Shown here: in pieces, positions 46,441 to 56,700 of the stretch | Layout: every line of letters starts with the position of its first letter | Position numbering within the stretch: position 1 is the first letter of the stretch | NCBI GenBank assembly: GCA_035292445.1 | Contig: DATDQB010000003.1 | Span: forward strand, 9,692-73,691 | Reading direction: 5' to 3' | Length of the DNA stretch: 64,000 bases | Origin: Candidatus Omnitrophota bacterium | GTDB taxonomy: Bacteria; Omnitrophota; Gorgyraeia; Zapsychrales; Zapsychraceae | Notes under the pieces: generated by a model | The model's input: only the letters and a program-made list of their open reading frames with translations | What the model was told of the DNA's origin: nothing | Databases searched by the model: none | Translations under genes and position numbers: made by a program

Positions 46441-47924
46441 TATTTTTTGGCCTTTGCCTTAATGATCCAGAACGTCGGTTTGATAAAGGGGTTTTTCTCG
46501 GCTGATGCAAAAATCTTGAACTTTAAAGCGAACTCATAGTAGAGGATGCGAAGCGGCGTTGGGATATCTTCAACCCTAGCATAACGCTTTTCGCAAAATT
46601 GCACAATCTTTTTGCGCAGATTTTCCTTGGCGTAGCGCGAGAAAAGCCGCAGCCTTTTATAAAGCCATTTATGGTACGTCATTTTCTGTGAATAGGCCTC
46701 GGCCCCCTCAAACCCTTGGACCAGCTCAAGAAGTTCCTTAAGGGTCAGCTCCTTGACGTGAAAAGGGGTATGGACCTTTTTGCCTTTGCAGGTGGTCTCG
46801 ATGTTGGGCGTGGAAAGGATCAGCAATCCGCCGGGCTTTAACACGCGGCGCACTTCATCCAAGAATTCTTTCTGGAAAGCGACGTGCTCGATGGTCTCAA
46901 AAGAAACGACCGCGTCAAAATGGTTCGATGGGAAGCGCAGCTCCTTGATGTCCATGACCTCGTAATGGATGTTGGCGCCGGCATAGCGTTCACTGGCGTA
47001 GCTAATCGTTTCGGGGCTGATGTCGATGCCGTGGACCTGCTTGGCTGTTTGAGCCAGCATCTTTGAGCCGTAGCCGGCCCCGCAGGAAGCATCCAACACA
47101 TTCATCCCCTTGACGAATTGGCTGGCGAATTTGTAGCGCTCGATATGTTCCTGGTACGTTTCATCGGTCTCTTTCAAGACCGCTGGGACAAGCCGCTCCC
47201 CCGTGAACTCCAAATGCTTCGCTGTGATGGGCCTCTTCTCGATAAGGCCGATGCCGGCCCAGCTCTGGTTCCAGTCCTTGACGATCTCGCGATGCACATA
47301 AGAATTTTTAATGTCCTGCCAAAATTCCTCGACGTGGCAGTCCGGGTGCTTACAGGGGACAATGTCCTGCAGCGCGATGATCCCGTCGGGAGCAAGGAGA
47401 GCTCCGTACATCTCGAAATCCTGCTTGACGCCTTCATAGGTATGGTCCCCATCGATAAAAATAAAATCGGCAAGGCGGCCGTTCAAAAGCGAACGGACCT
47501 TCTCGAAGGTCTCCTTATCATGCGAGCTGGCGCGTATCAAATGTATCTTCTGCCCCCTTAGGCCTATGCGCTTGAAGATGGGGATCTTGTGCGCGGGGTA
47601 TGAGTTGCCGAATTCGCCCCCGGGAAGATCGACGGAAATGATGGTCGCCCTTTTGTCGGCCGTGCGTGAATAAACGAAGAGCATCCCCCCGCTGCGGCCC
47701 GTGCCGATCTCAACGATCGTTTGCGGGCGTCTTTTTTGAAGGACCTTGGCCAGGCCCACGACTTCCTCTTTGACCTGCCCCGGCTTGAACAATTCCCAGC
47801 AGTCATCGTAGATAAAATCGGCCAAGACTTGCGCCGGGCTGTTGCGCTTGACCCCTCTCATCTTAAGAAGCCCTGCGTAATAATAAAAATAACGGAACGT
47901 CCGTTGGAGCGGGTTTGTTTTCAT
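46440..47924 (-). CDS. two-domain SAM-dependent methyltransferase (CmcI/TylF-like + Methyltransf_11-like)
   Basis: IVEIGTGRSGG...FIDGDHTYEGV (first domain). VLDASCGAGYGS...DAVVSFETIEHV (second domain). 494 aa. Confidence 0.75.
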   Translation of the reverse strand: MKTNPLQRTFRYFYYYAGLLKMRGVKRNSPAQVLADFIYDDCWELFKPGQVKEEVVGLAKVLQKRRPQTIVEIGTGRSGGMLFVYSRTADKRATIISVDLPGGEFGNSYPAHKIPIFKRIGLRGQKIHLIRASSHDKETFEKVRSLLNGRLADFIFIDGDHTYEGVKQDFEMYGALLAPDGIIALQDIVPCKHPDCHVEEFWQDIKNSYVHREIVKDWNQSWAGIGLIEKRPITAKHLEFTGERLVPAVLKETDETYQEHIERYKFASQFVKGMNVLDASCGAGYGSKMLAQTAKQVHGIDISPETISYASERYAGANIHYEVMDIKELRFPSNHFDAVVSFETIEHVAFQKEFLDEVRRVLKPGGLLILSTPNIETTCKGKKVHTPFHVKELTLKELLELVQGFEGAEAYSQKMTYHKWLYKRLRLFSRYAKENLRKKIVQFCEKRYARVEDIPTPLRILYYEFALKFKIFASAEKNPFIKPTFWIIKAKAKK

Positions 47925-47925
47925 A

Positions 47926-49170
47926 TCAATCTTCTTTCACGATTCCCTGACGTTGCGCGAGAATCCCTTGGAAAGCCGGGCTGCGGACGATCACATCGGC
48001 CACGATCTTGTTTCCCTCCGGCGTCATGTGGCCGTCCCAGTCAAAAAAATATTGTTTCTTCGGCGCGGCCAAGAACGCGTCCAGGGTATTGATAAAAGGG
48101 ATGTCGTTGGCTTTGGCAAATGCCTCCACCATCTCAAAGGGCAGCCGGTCGCTGTATTGCTTGCCTGCCTCGAAGCCCCACGTTACCCGCCCTTCATTCC
48201 ACTGGTCTTCCCCGACGTAAATGCCGTGCGGGTACATGACCAGGGCCATCGGGATGCCGCGCTCCTCAAGGAGTTGTTTGATCTCAAGCAGGTATTTGCC
48301 CGTGCGCGCGAATTGCTGGCGGATGAGCCGCTCGCGCGTTTTTCCGCGCATCATGAGAAACCCGTCATATTCCAAAAGGACACTGTCAGGATACGCGCCT
48401 TCTTCGGCGTTGACGATGACGGCCTTGGCCCGCTTTTCCTCCTGCTTGACGCGGATGTAGCCCATTAACCCCAACAACCGCAGCTTCTCCCACGAGGTGA
48501 GGACCTTCTGGTCGATATATTTGCAGAAAGCGCTGTAAAAAGCGAGCGTGCGCCAGAGGCTGCGTTTGCCGTTAAGGTAGGTGGTATCAAAAAATTTGAC
48601 CTGGCCGTTCTCATCAAAAACGGCGTAACGCTCCTGCCGCCAGTCGTCCTGGATGTCCGTCATGTCCAAAAGAAGCAGCACCACATCGGGCCCATACTTA
48701 AAATGGATGTTCCTGAAATTGACCACATGCCTTAAGGGAGAGGCGTGACCGATGCCGGCGTTGACGACTTCAGTGTTGAGGCCTTGTTGTTTCAGGTTTT
48801 CTTCGATCAAATAGGGAATGGTCTCATTGTCCTGGGAGCCCACGCCAAAGGTGAAAGAATCGCCGACGGCAAAGACCCGCAGCTTCCCTTCTTCCTTGGG
48901 CATGGCGAAATCGGCCCCGCGGTAACCGTAGCGGTTGATATGGGCGGTGTAGCTGAACTCCCCGTGCTTGCTGGACCTGTTCTCCAGGACCGAATTGGGC
49001 TTGAAAAGATATTCCTGGCTGAGTTGGGTGGTGCGGGATAAGGGGTTGGGCGCCCCGCGGAAAATGCGGAACATCACCTCGCCGATGATGAAAAACAAAA
49101 ATAGGAACAACATCAGCGCTGCGACGCTGAAAATGGCCTTTTTCAATGGCGAGATCTGTTGTGCGGGCAT
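47926..49170 (-). CDS. SGNH/GDSL-family hydrolase with N-terminal TM anchor
   Basis: VFAVGDSFTFGVG (GDS block I) and a later DxxH-like region. 414 aa. Confidence 0.55.
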   Translation of the reverse strand: MPAQQISPLKKAIFSVAALMLFLFLFFIIGEVMFRIFRGAPNPLSRTTQLSQEYLFKPNSVLENRSSKHGEFSYTAHINRYGYRGADFAMPKEEGKLRVFAVGDSFTFGVGSQDNETIPYLIEENLKQQGLNTEVVNAGIGHASPLRHVVNFRNIHFKYGPDVVLLLLDMTDIQDDWRQERYAVFDENGQVKFFDTTYLNGKRSLWRTLAFYSAFCKYIDQKVLTSWEKLRLLGLMGYIRVKQEEKRAKAVIVNAEEGAYPDSVLLEYDGFLMMRGKTRERLIRQQFARTGKYLLEIKQLLEERGIPMALVMYPHGIYVGEDQWNEGRVTWGFEAGKQYSDRLPFEMVEAFAKANDIPFINTLDAFLAAPKKQYFFDWDGHMTPEGNKIVADVIVRSPAFQGILAQRQGIVKED

Positions 49171-49233
49171 ACGCTTCCCTTCCTTCGACGGTTGTGTATA
49201 TTAGCATACCGAAGGAAAGGAAACGAGAAATTT

Positions 49234-49884
49234 TTAGATTTGCCGGCCCGGCCTTCTTCTTATCAGGGCCAAAGCGCCCAACAGTAAGCAAGACAAACTC
49301 GATGGCTCCGGCACCGTCGAAGGGGCCAAAGATCTCCCATCAATGCTTTTCCCGGGCGAAAACAACGCGCCGTTGGCTTGGGCGAGGCTTGAATGCAAAA
49401 CGAAATTTCCTGTTGCTTCGGGGAAGCGGACGATCGAACGGTCCTGGTTGGCCAAGTTGCCGTAAGTTATTTGGTCAATGACCTGGTTGTTCAGATCGGA
49501 TAATGTGACCGTTTCCAGAGTATTATTCAAACTAAGCCCGCCCGTTGAGGCCAATTGCCAGTTGATGCCCGGCAGATTCGGCGATCCTCCGCCAAAGACA
49601 ACCAAAAATTGATAAGGGCTTAAGAACGTATTGGCGGGAAAAACGTGGCGGGTTGAAACCGCATCTTTCAAGGTCCAACCGGAAAGATTGACGGATTGAT
49701 CAGTGAAATTAAGAATTTCTAAAAATTCATCGTCCGTTTGTGACCGGACGCCGTCCCCATTGGCATCACCCGCTAAACCTGCCGCCGGATCGGCGAAGAT
49801 TTCGTTAATGACAACAAACGCCTGCGCCCTTGGCGCAACAACTAAAAGAACAAACAACAAAACCAACATAATCCTTCCTCGCAT
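49234..49884 (-). CDS. lamin-tail-domain (LTD) protein with C-terminal PEP-CTERM sorting signal
   Basis: Signal peptide. VINEIFADP...DEFLEILNFTDQSVNLSGWTLKD (LTD). C-terminal VPEPSSLSCLLLGALALIRRRPGR (PEP motif + TM + basic tail). Confidence 0.7.
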   Translation of the reverse strand: MRGRIMLVLLFVLLVVAPRAQAFVVINEIFADPAAGLAGDANGDGVRSQTDDEFLEILNFTDQSVNLSGWTLKDAVSTRHVFPANTFLSPYQFLVVFGGGSPNLPGINWQLASTGGLSLNNTLETVTLSDLNNQVIDQITYGNLANQDRSIVRFPEATGNFVLHSSLAQANGALFSPGKSIDGRSLAPSTVPEPSSLSCLLLGALALIRRRPGRQI

Positions 49885-49931
49885 CGTAACCCTCCCTTTT
49901 GCAGTGTTTCAGTTAATAATGTATTCAACCC

Positions 49932-50279
49932 TTAAAAAATAATACCCAAATGAATCGCCAGCGCTTTCTCCACGAATTTTATTTTATTTTCAGGTAAGAC
50001 GGCCAATTGTTTTAAGAGCCTGGCCTTGTCAATCGTTCTGATCTGCTGGCACTTGATCTTTGAATCTTTCACGAGGCCGACTTCAGATTTGCCTAACGCC
50101 ACTTCATACGGCTGGACCCTTTTTCCCGGATCCGTGATCGGCAACACGGTAACCGTTAAAGCGAACTCGTTGCTAATGTCGTTAGAAATGATGCAGGCAG
50201 GACGTTTTTTCTTGATTTCAGCGCCTATGGCCGGTTCAAAATCGACAAGCCATATCTGGCCGCGTTTGGGATAGCTCAT
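49932..50279 (-). CDS. type II toxin, PemK/MazF family endoribonuclease
   Basis: RGQIWLVDFEPAIGAEIKKKRPACIIS...VLPIT matches the MazF/PemK fold signature. 115 aa. Confidence 0.85.
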   Translation of the reverse strand: MSYPKRGQIWLVDFEPAIGAEIKKKRPACIISNDISNEFALTVTVLPITDPGKRVQPYEVALGKSEVGLVKDSKIKCQQIRTIDKARLLKQLAVLPENKIKFVEKALAIHLGIIF

Positions 50280-50509
50280 TATTCAATCCCATCCCCGACC
50301 GTGCAGTCCCACTCCGCTGCCACCTCTTTATCCTCTTCAGCGGAAGCCTTATATCCTTCGATCAATTCGGCCTTTAACTTCTTCATTTCGTCATTACGCA
50401 TCTTTTCCCTCACCGCTTCCGCGATGAAACGGCTTTTATTGGGCACCTTCTGCAATTGTTTGACAACCTCTTCCGGCATAGTGATATTGAGTCTAACCAT
50501 GGGCTCCAC
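50279..50509 (-). CDS. ribbon-helix-helix (CopG/MazE-like) antitoxin
   Basis: 76 aa. N-terminal RLNITMPEEVVKQLQK beta-strand/helix. 1-nt overlap with the toxin gene. Confidence 0.7.
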   Translation of the reverse strand: MEPMVRLNITMPEEVVKQLQKVPNKSRFIAEAVREKMRNDEMKKLKAELIEGYKASAEEDKEVAAEWDCTVGDGIE

Positions 50510-50521
50510 CTCCTGTATGAA

Positions 50522-50546
50522 ATATACACTATTTAGTGTGTATAAT
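50522..50546. promoter_or_regulatory. palindromic operator candidate upstream of the TA operon
   Basis: TATACACTA-TT-TAGTGTGTATA inverted repeat, 13 nt upstream of the antitoxin start. Confidence 0.4.
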
Positions 50547-51057
50547 CAATACAGAAGTTAAATTCGCCAGACGTGTGGTGAATTTCTTACCTCCCGCAGC
50601 CGCATCTTCCGCCATATTGGCGCCTAAGCTGCCTGATTTGCTTCGGCACGCTTTGGTAATGCCGGATCACGATCCTGTTGGACACGACCACCGCCAACTG
50701 ATGATCATCTCCCGCAGTTGAAGAATTTCTTTGGCTAAGGCCCATCAAACTTAGCTGATAATTCCGGTTATTGATGTCAAGGAACGTTTGAGCTTCGGCG
50801 TTTACAGTCATAGTGATCATTAACAGTATTAAAACAAGAACCGGTCTGATCTCATATCAACTCCTTTCAATCTTTCTGACCATCGCAACCTGCTCCCCCA
50901 TGCAGTCCTATCTCTATCAAAATGTGGCTGGCGTATTTCTTTTTTCTCCTCTATAAAGAATCTTTTGATATGAGCATAAGACAATACATCCATATAAAAA
51001 ATGAAATACCCAAAATTCGTAGGACCGGGTACCCATTTCATCAATAGCCACAATAAC

Positions 51058-51561
51058 TTACGAGTAAAATGCCTCATAATATGAATCTAAAAATAAAAGA
51101 CCTGCTACGGATTCTTCATTTCCCCGATACACTCTTGCGCTGCTATAACGATATTCATCAGCTCTTTGGACGATCTTTGCCTTAACAGGATTTTCATGGA
51201 CATATTCTAGACACTCAAAGAAATACTTCTCCCGTTCGATTACCCGACTTTTAAAACGGCTCTGCCATAAATGCCCTGCATAATTGTATTTCTTTCGATA
51301 GCGAATAGAATACGCTAATGCTAAAGCATGTATAATGCGTGATATGCTGTGTTTCTGAACCGTCTCCAATATCATATGGTAATGATTATCCATTAAACAT
51401 ATGGCATAAACTTTAAATAAAAACCTCGCTCGATAATGATCGAGCAGACTGAGAAAGAGCTCTTTATCTTCATCATCTTTAAAAACCTCCGAACGATTGT
51501 TTCCCCGGTTATACACGTGATAAATAGCGCTTACATAAAACTCTCTGCGTAATCTTCCCAT
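51058..51561 (-). mobile_element. HUH Y1 transposase, REP-associated (RayT)/IS200-IS605 TnpA-like, copy A
   Basis: 167 aa. YHVYNRGNNRSEVF...CLMDNHYHMILET (HuH)...WQSRFKS. Confidence 0.75.
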
Positions 51562-51570
51562 GCCGTATCA

Positions 51571-51626
51571 CTTCCCTCACAATTCATTCTAATCCTTATA
51601 CTTATTGGTACCCGGTCTTGCATATC
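51571..51626. repeat. 56-bp direct repeat copy 1 upstream of RayT-A
   Basis: cttccctcacaattcattctaatccttatacttattggtacccggtcttgcatatc. 55/56 identical to 52419-52474. The motif gaccgggtacc also occurs inverted at 51024-51034, downstream of the gene. Confidence 0.75.
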
Positions 51627-51686
51627 CTCATTGTATCGTCATCATAAAAAGAAAAAGAAGGGGACAGGACACTCCCAGGGGACACC

Positions 51687-52295
51687 TTATCTCCTTTTTC
51701 TTCTTTCAAAAAACTGGAACTTGAAAAATGCTGATCCAATGATACTACCGCTCTCAAAATCCTCCTGAATAAGATCATCTAAAATTCCCTTTCGTCTAAT
51801 AGACTCTATATCCCCATATTCATCCACCAATTCATCGGAAATACCTTGATGACAAACGCGGTGCGAACTATATGGCCAATCTTCATTTTTCTTAACCATC
51901 TCTGCCTTCACAGGATTTGCCTCAATATATTGACCACACGCTAATAAATACTCTTCGTTCTCAATTAATAAACTTTTATACCGCTCACGCCATATTGGCC
52001 CACTCAATCGATATTTTGTATGAAATATGCTTGTATAACGACTTTTCACTCTTGCTAAACTTTTTGAAAATTCGACAACGTTCGGTATTTCGACAGCCAA
52101 ATGAAAATGTGTTTGCATTAGGCAGTAATGAAAGATCCGAAATCCACTTTTTCGCTTTTCAATGAGCAATTCCCTTTTAAATGCCTCAAAATCTTCTCTA
52201 TCTTTAAAGACTTTTAACTTCCGTATCGACCGTGATATCACGTGAGAATAACATCCGCCATACAACAACTCCGTTCTTGCCACCCTCGCGCACAT
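51687..52295 (-). mobile_element. HUH Y1 transposase RayT/IS200-like, copy B (diverged paralog)
   Basis: 202 aa. YSHVISRSIRKLKVF...CLMQTHFHLAVE (HuH)...WRERYKS. Confidence 0.7.
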
Positions 52296-52418
52296 CGCAT
52301 TGTTCCTTTCGCATAACCTGTCCCTCTAGAGTGTCCTGTCCCCTTCCCTTCTTCCCTTTCCCTTCTATTCCCTACATCTGCCCTGTCCACTGCCGGTGGA
52401 CTGTCCCCTTCCCCTTCA

Positions 52419-52474
52419 CTTCCCTCACAATTCATTCTAATCCTTATACTTATTGGTACCCGGTCTTGTATATC
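52419..52474. repeat. 56-bp direct repeat copy 2 upstream of RayT-B
   Basis: See copy 1. An inverted GGGGACAGGACAC motif pair also occurs (51661-51675 and 52326-52345). Confidence 0.75.
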
Positions 52475-52481
52475 TTTCCCT

Positions 52482-52778
52482 TTATATCAACTTAAGAATA
52501 ATAAAAGAAAAATATGTCAAAAGAATTGCAAAAATAAAACATGAAAGCATTGTGGACTTGACCCATCTAAATACAACATAGGCTAACAATTGGTACTGTA
52601 TGAAATATAAAAAACTCACTGAGTAAACATGATTTAAATCAATCAATGTGAGAGGCATACCTAAAAAACCTAAGCTGAATAGAACTCCCTCCCCTCCATT
52701 TCCCCCATAGAGTAAAATTATCAAAATACCAAATATAAGACTTCCTGCTGAAATAATCGAGGCAATAATTTTATTCAT
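52482..52778 (-). CDS. small hydrophobic protein (possible orphan immunity protein)
   Basis: 98 aa, 3 TM. Lies in an approx. 30% GC island downstream of the RHS toxin. Confidence 0.4.
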   Translation of the reverse strand: MNKIIASIISAGSLIFGILIILLYGGNGGEGVLFSLGFLGMPLTLIDLNHVYSVSFLYFIQYQLLAYVVFRWVKSTMLSCFIFAILLTYFSFIILKLI

Positions 52779-52806
52779 ATTTCTTTGTTATTTCCTCTAG
52801 TTGTAC

Positions 52807-53205
52807 TTAATATTTTTTAATGCGTGTCAATAAAACACATGACAAAAGAATTAATCCTACGGCTAATATTACGGGCAACTTAAATTCTTCTTTTGGAAAA
52901 TGCGATATATTTCTTTCATAATACAGATAAAGCCCCCCTATAAAAAAACTTATTCCAATTATTAGAGATAACCCACAAACAGTTTGCGCCGTAGATATTT
53001 TGCGCCTAATTAAGAAGTATATAAAATAAAGAATGATGGATATTTCTAAAATAAAACCCAATATATTAATTCCTGGTAGAGGAAAAATAAACGCCAGAAG
53101 ACAGGAATTCATAATGATTAAAATAACCATCGAAATGATTACAAGATAATTTTCTTTATTAGTGGGCACTCTATTATCCTCTTTAAGGAATTGAACTCGC
53201 TGCAA
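52807..53205 (-). CDS. small hydrophobic protein (possible orphan immunity protein)
   Basis: 132 aa, 4 TM. AT-rich. Confidence 0.4.
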   Translation of the reverse strand: MQRVQFLKEDNRVPTNKENYLVIISMVILIIMNSCLLAFIFPLPGINILGFILEISIILYFIYFLIRRKISTAQTVCGLSLIIGISFFIGGLYLYYERNISHFPKEEFKLPVILAVGLILLSCVLLTRIKKY

Positions 53206-53749
53206 TATAGATATTAATAAAATCCTGATTCTTACCTAATTCCATGTCCGGTTCTAAAACAGTAATCCGTAACTTAATATTATCTAAATACTTGCCTTGA
53301 TAAGGTATCTCAAACGTATCAAGTACTATCCATTTATAATAATCCGTATCATACCCATCTTCAAAATAACTACCCCAAGCTTTAAAAGCGGAAATTGTTT
53401 TCTCGCTCAAAATTTGAGCGTCAACCAAAAATTCAAGCTTAAATTTTCCATTGAACTTATGTTTGGTAGATAATACCTTTTTTTCAAATTCTAAACCGAA
53501 ATCATACAAACCCTTATACTTTGCATTAAGATTGAGCGTCTTGCTAAAACCCTTCTCAAGAAAATTCAACTTTTCTTTTACAATTGGATCATAGAAACCA
53601 TCTGGCGGATTAATTTTATTTATCATATACTTTACACCTCTAATATTATCGGATAGATAATTGTTATAAACAAAAACAACTAGAATTCCGAAAAAGACTA
53701 ACAAAAATAATATGATAAAAAAAAACAATTTACTTTTTCGAATGTGCAT
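53183..53749 (-). CDS. candidate cognate immunity protein for the RHS C-terminal toxin
   Basis: 188 aa. N-terminal TM. Overlaps the RHS stop by 20 bp. AT-rich codon usage unlike the core genome. Confidence 0.45.
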   Translation of the reverse strand: MHIRKSKLFFFIILFLLVFFGILVVFVYNNYLSDNIRGVKYMINKINPPDGFYDPIVKEKLNFLEKGFSKTLNLNAKYKGLYDFGLEFEKKVLSTKHKFNGKFKLEFLVDAQILSEKTISAFKAWGSYFEDGYDTDYYKWIVLDTFEIPYQGKYLDNIKLRITVLEPDMELGKNQDFINIYIAASSIP

Positions 53750-56700
53750 TTTCTTTCCCCATTTTATTTATAACTTTTTTATATTCATTCCTTAACGCCT
53801 CGGCGAAATCTTGACAATTATGGTGGTTTAAACCGCATAATTCGTATTTATTTGGTTTCCATATTGGCTCACTTTTAACCATATCAAAAGCCTCTCTCAT
53901 TGTATCGTCATCATAATGTTTACTTTCATATACATACCCAAGCCCAGTAGGATCTTCGGAAAAAATCCCAACTGTTCCATTGTAGCCTATATTTTGGCCA
54001 GAACCATCTTCAAAAAATCCATGTTCATGGAAAGGTTCGTGATTAATTCTATCTAAAATTTCAGTAGGCTTTCCGGGTTTAAACCATTTAGTAGAAGCGA
54101 GAGGCCTTCTACCAAATACAAACAGTCCAAAAGGATCACTCCAATTTATTGGACTATTCTCAACATATATATATAAATTCATTGAATCTAAGTAACCTAA
54201 CGGATCAGGCGTAAGCCAGCGGCCTACCTGCGGGTCATAATACCTAGCTCCAAAATAATACAATCCAGCCCTGGAATCAAACTCTTTTGTGCTAAAAAGA
54301 TATCGGTTAGTATCCCCGCTGGTTTGGGGATTTATCAGATTACCGAAGGCATCATAACTGTAGTTATTCGCGGCCGTTCCCGTGAGAGCGGCGACAGAGC
54401 CTAAATCGTCGTAATGATAATACTGGACAACAGGCGTGTTATTGCTCGTATGGCTTTGCGCAATCAGCCCTGCGATGCCGCCGGGAAAACCTATCGCTCT
54501 CGTATATGTCTTGAAACTGCCTGAATCATCCCTTTCCACCAGAATATTTGAACCGTCGTATAAATAGTCCGTGGCCAGTGCATTGCCTGTTGCCGCGTTA
54601 TCATTCAGCACAACCTGCGTTCGCAGCCCTTCCCCATTATAGATCAAACGATCCGTCTGTGTACCGGAAATATCGGGAATATTCTCATAGGTTAACCGGT
54701 TGAGCCTATTCTCAAAATCATAAGCATAGCTTGTTTGTCTCGGCGATGGATCGCTTGGGGCCGAAGAAACAATTTTATTTATTCGATTGCCGTTATTGTC
54801 GTAGGTATAAACCGCCTGCACAGGGAACACGGATGTTCCCACGCTGATCGTCCCATTCCATCCTGTCAACCGGTTGGCAGCATCATTGGAATAATTATTG
54901 ACCAAAGACACAGCGAGGGCCGGATTAGCGGTTTTTCCATAACCGGCATTGGTCATGCTCGTCAAAACTGAAGACGGCATGTTCAGATAGTCTGCGCTCC
55001 AGAAGCCTCCCAGCGTTGTATCTTTTCTCCAAGTTAAACGGTTGCCCACAGGATCATAAGTGTAAATGTTGCTATAGATGGTTGATGAGCCAGTTTGCTT
55101 CGTTTCATTTAACAATTGATTCTGCGTATCGTAGGTATAAATTGTCCATGAGCCGTCGGCAAATATCTTTTGCTTGACCATTCCCGCAATGTCATAGACA
55201 TTAGTGTAGGAGGAAATTACTGTCGCTCCATTTTGGATTACGGCTGACAAAACCCTGTTTAACGAGTCGTAGGTATAATTCTCCACAACGCCGTTAGGGC
55301 TTGTCATCGAAAGGAGATTTGAGTTGGCATCGTATTCATAGGACGTTATTCCATTTTGATCCTGTACCGAAGCCAAACGATTTAAGGCGTCATATGTATT
55401 GGTTACTGTGCGGCCGTTTTGATCAAGAGTGGTCAAACGGTTACCTTCACCGTCGTACACATAATTAATGGTATTGTTAGTTCCAGGACTTTTTTTAGTT
55501 AATAATCGATCTAATGCATCATAAGTGTAAGTCGTCACTCCCGTGGAATCGGTCATCGACGTCATGCGGCCCAAAGCATCGTAGACATTGGTGACCTGCG
55601 AATTGTCGGGATAAGTAGTTTTTGTTAAACGATTTAAAGCATCATAGGTATAGCTCGTCGTTTCGCCATTGGCATCTTTTCCGGTTAAAACATTTCCAAC
55701 CGGATCATAAGTAAAGGTTGTTAACAAGTTTAACGCGTTGGTTTGGGTCAAAACCCTGCCATTAGGATCATACGTATACGTTGTCGCATGCTCATTGGCA
55801 TCGGTAAGGGTCCGCAGGCGGCCTTCGGTATCATAATTAAATTGAGTTATCCCATCTTTGGGATCCTCAATTTGCGAAAGCCGCTCGAAAGCATCATAGG
55901 TTTTTATTAAGACATTTCCCCTTTGATCGGTCACGCTGATCTGATTTCCAAAAGCATCATACGCATAGGAAACCCTTGAGCCATCGGCAAAGGTCGTTTT
56001 AAGAAGCCTGTTTAACTTATCGTGTTCATAAGAGGTGGTGTTATTTAAAGCATCCGTTTCTGAGACGATATTGTCATCAACACCATAGCTGAAAGGGAAA
56101 AAACTAACGGTAACTGTAATCGGCGAAGACGTTGTCGATAAACCACTAACATCGGTCGCCACAGCCGTCAAATTGTGAGTTCCAGCCGGCACATTAATCC
56201 AAGAATACGTAAACGCTTCAAAAGTGCTGGTCACCCTTCCCAATAATGTGGAGCCGTTGTAAAAATCAACATAGCTGATCGTTCCATAATCTTCTCTAGC
56301 GATCGCTGTAATATTAACAGATCCTGTTGTAAAGCCGCTTTGATTGGAAGGGCTTTCAACGGAAACTTCCGGTAAACCATGAATCATAACCACAACGGGG
56401 CTGGATGTTGCCGAAGTGCCAAAAGCATCCGTGGCCACAGCGGTTAAGGAATAGATACCCACTGGAGCATTTGTGATCGTATACGTATATGGAGCTGTAG
56501 TACTTGTCCCTAATAGTGTTGACCCATTATAGAAGGATACGCTGGTGATAGTCCCGTTTATTTCACTTGCACTTGCCGTAATTGTTAAGTCTGCCCCTAC
56601 CGTAAAGCTGCTGTTACTGGCAGGACTTGTTATTTCAACCATCGGTAGACCGGCAACGGTCAATGAGGCCGCTGCGCTGGTTACGCTCCCTGCCGAATTG

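Noticed and set aside
50587-50820. 77-aa minus ORF ending ...GGRCGCGR upstream of the antitoxin
   Set aside because: No RBS, no motif, and an oppositely oriented overlapping ORF of similar size. It cannot be distinguished from chance. Worth re-checking only if a three-gene TA architecture is suspected.
50829-51077. 82-aa minus ORF between the TA module and RayT-A
   Set aside because: It overlaps the inverted GACCGGGTACC element terminus and the RayT start. It has no RBS and is more likely a non-coding element end.
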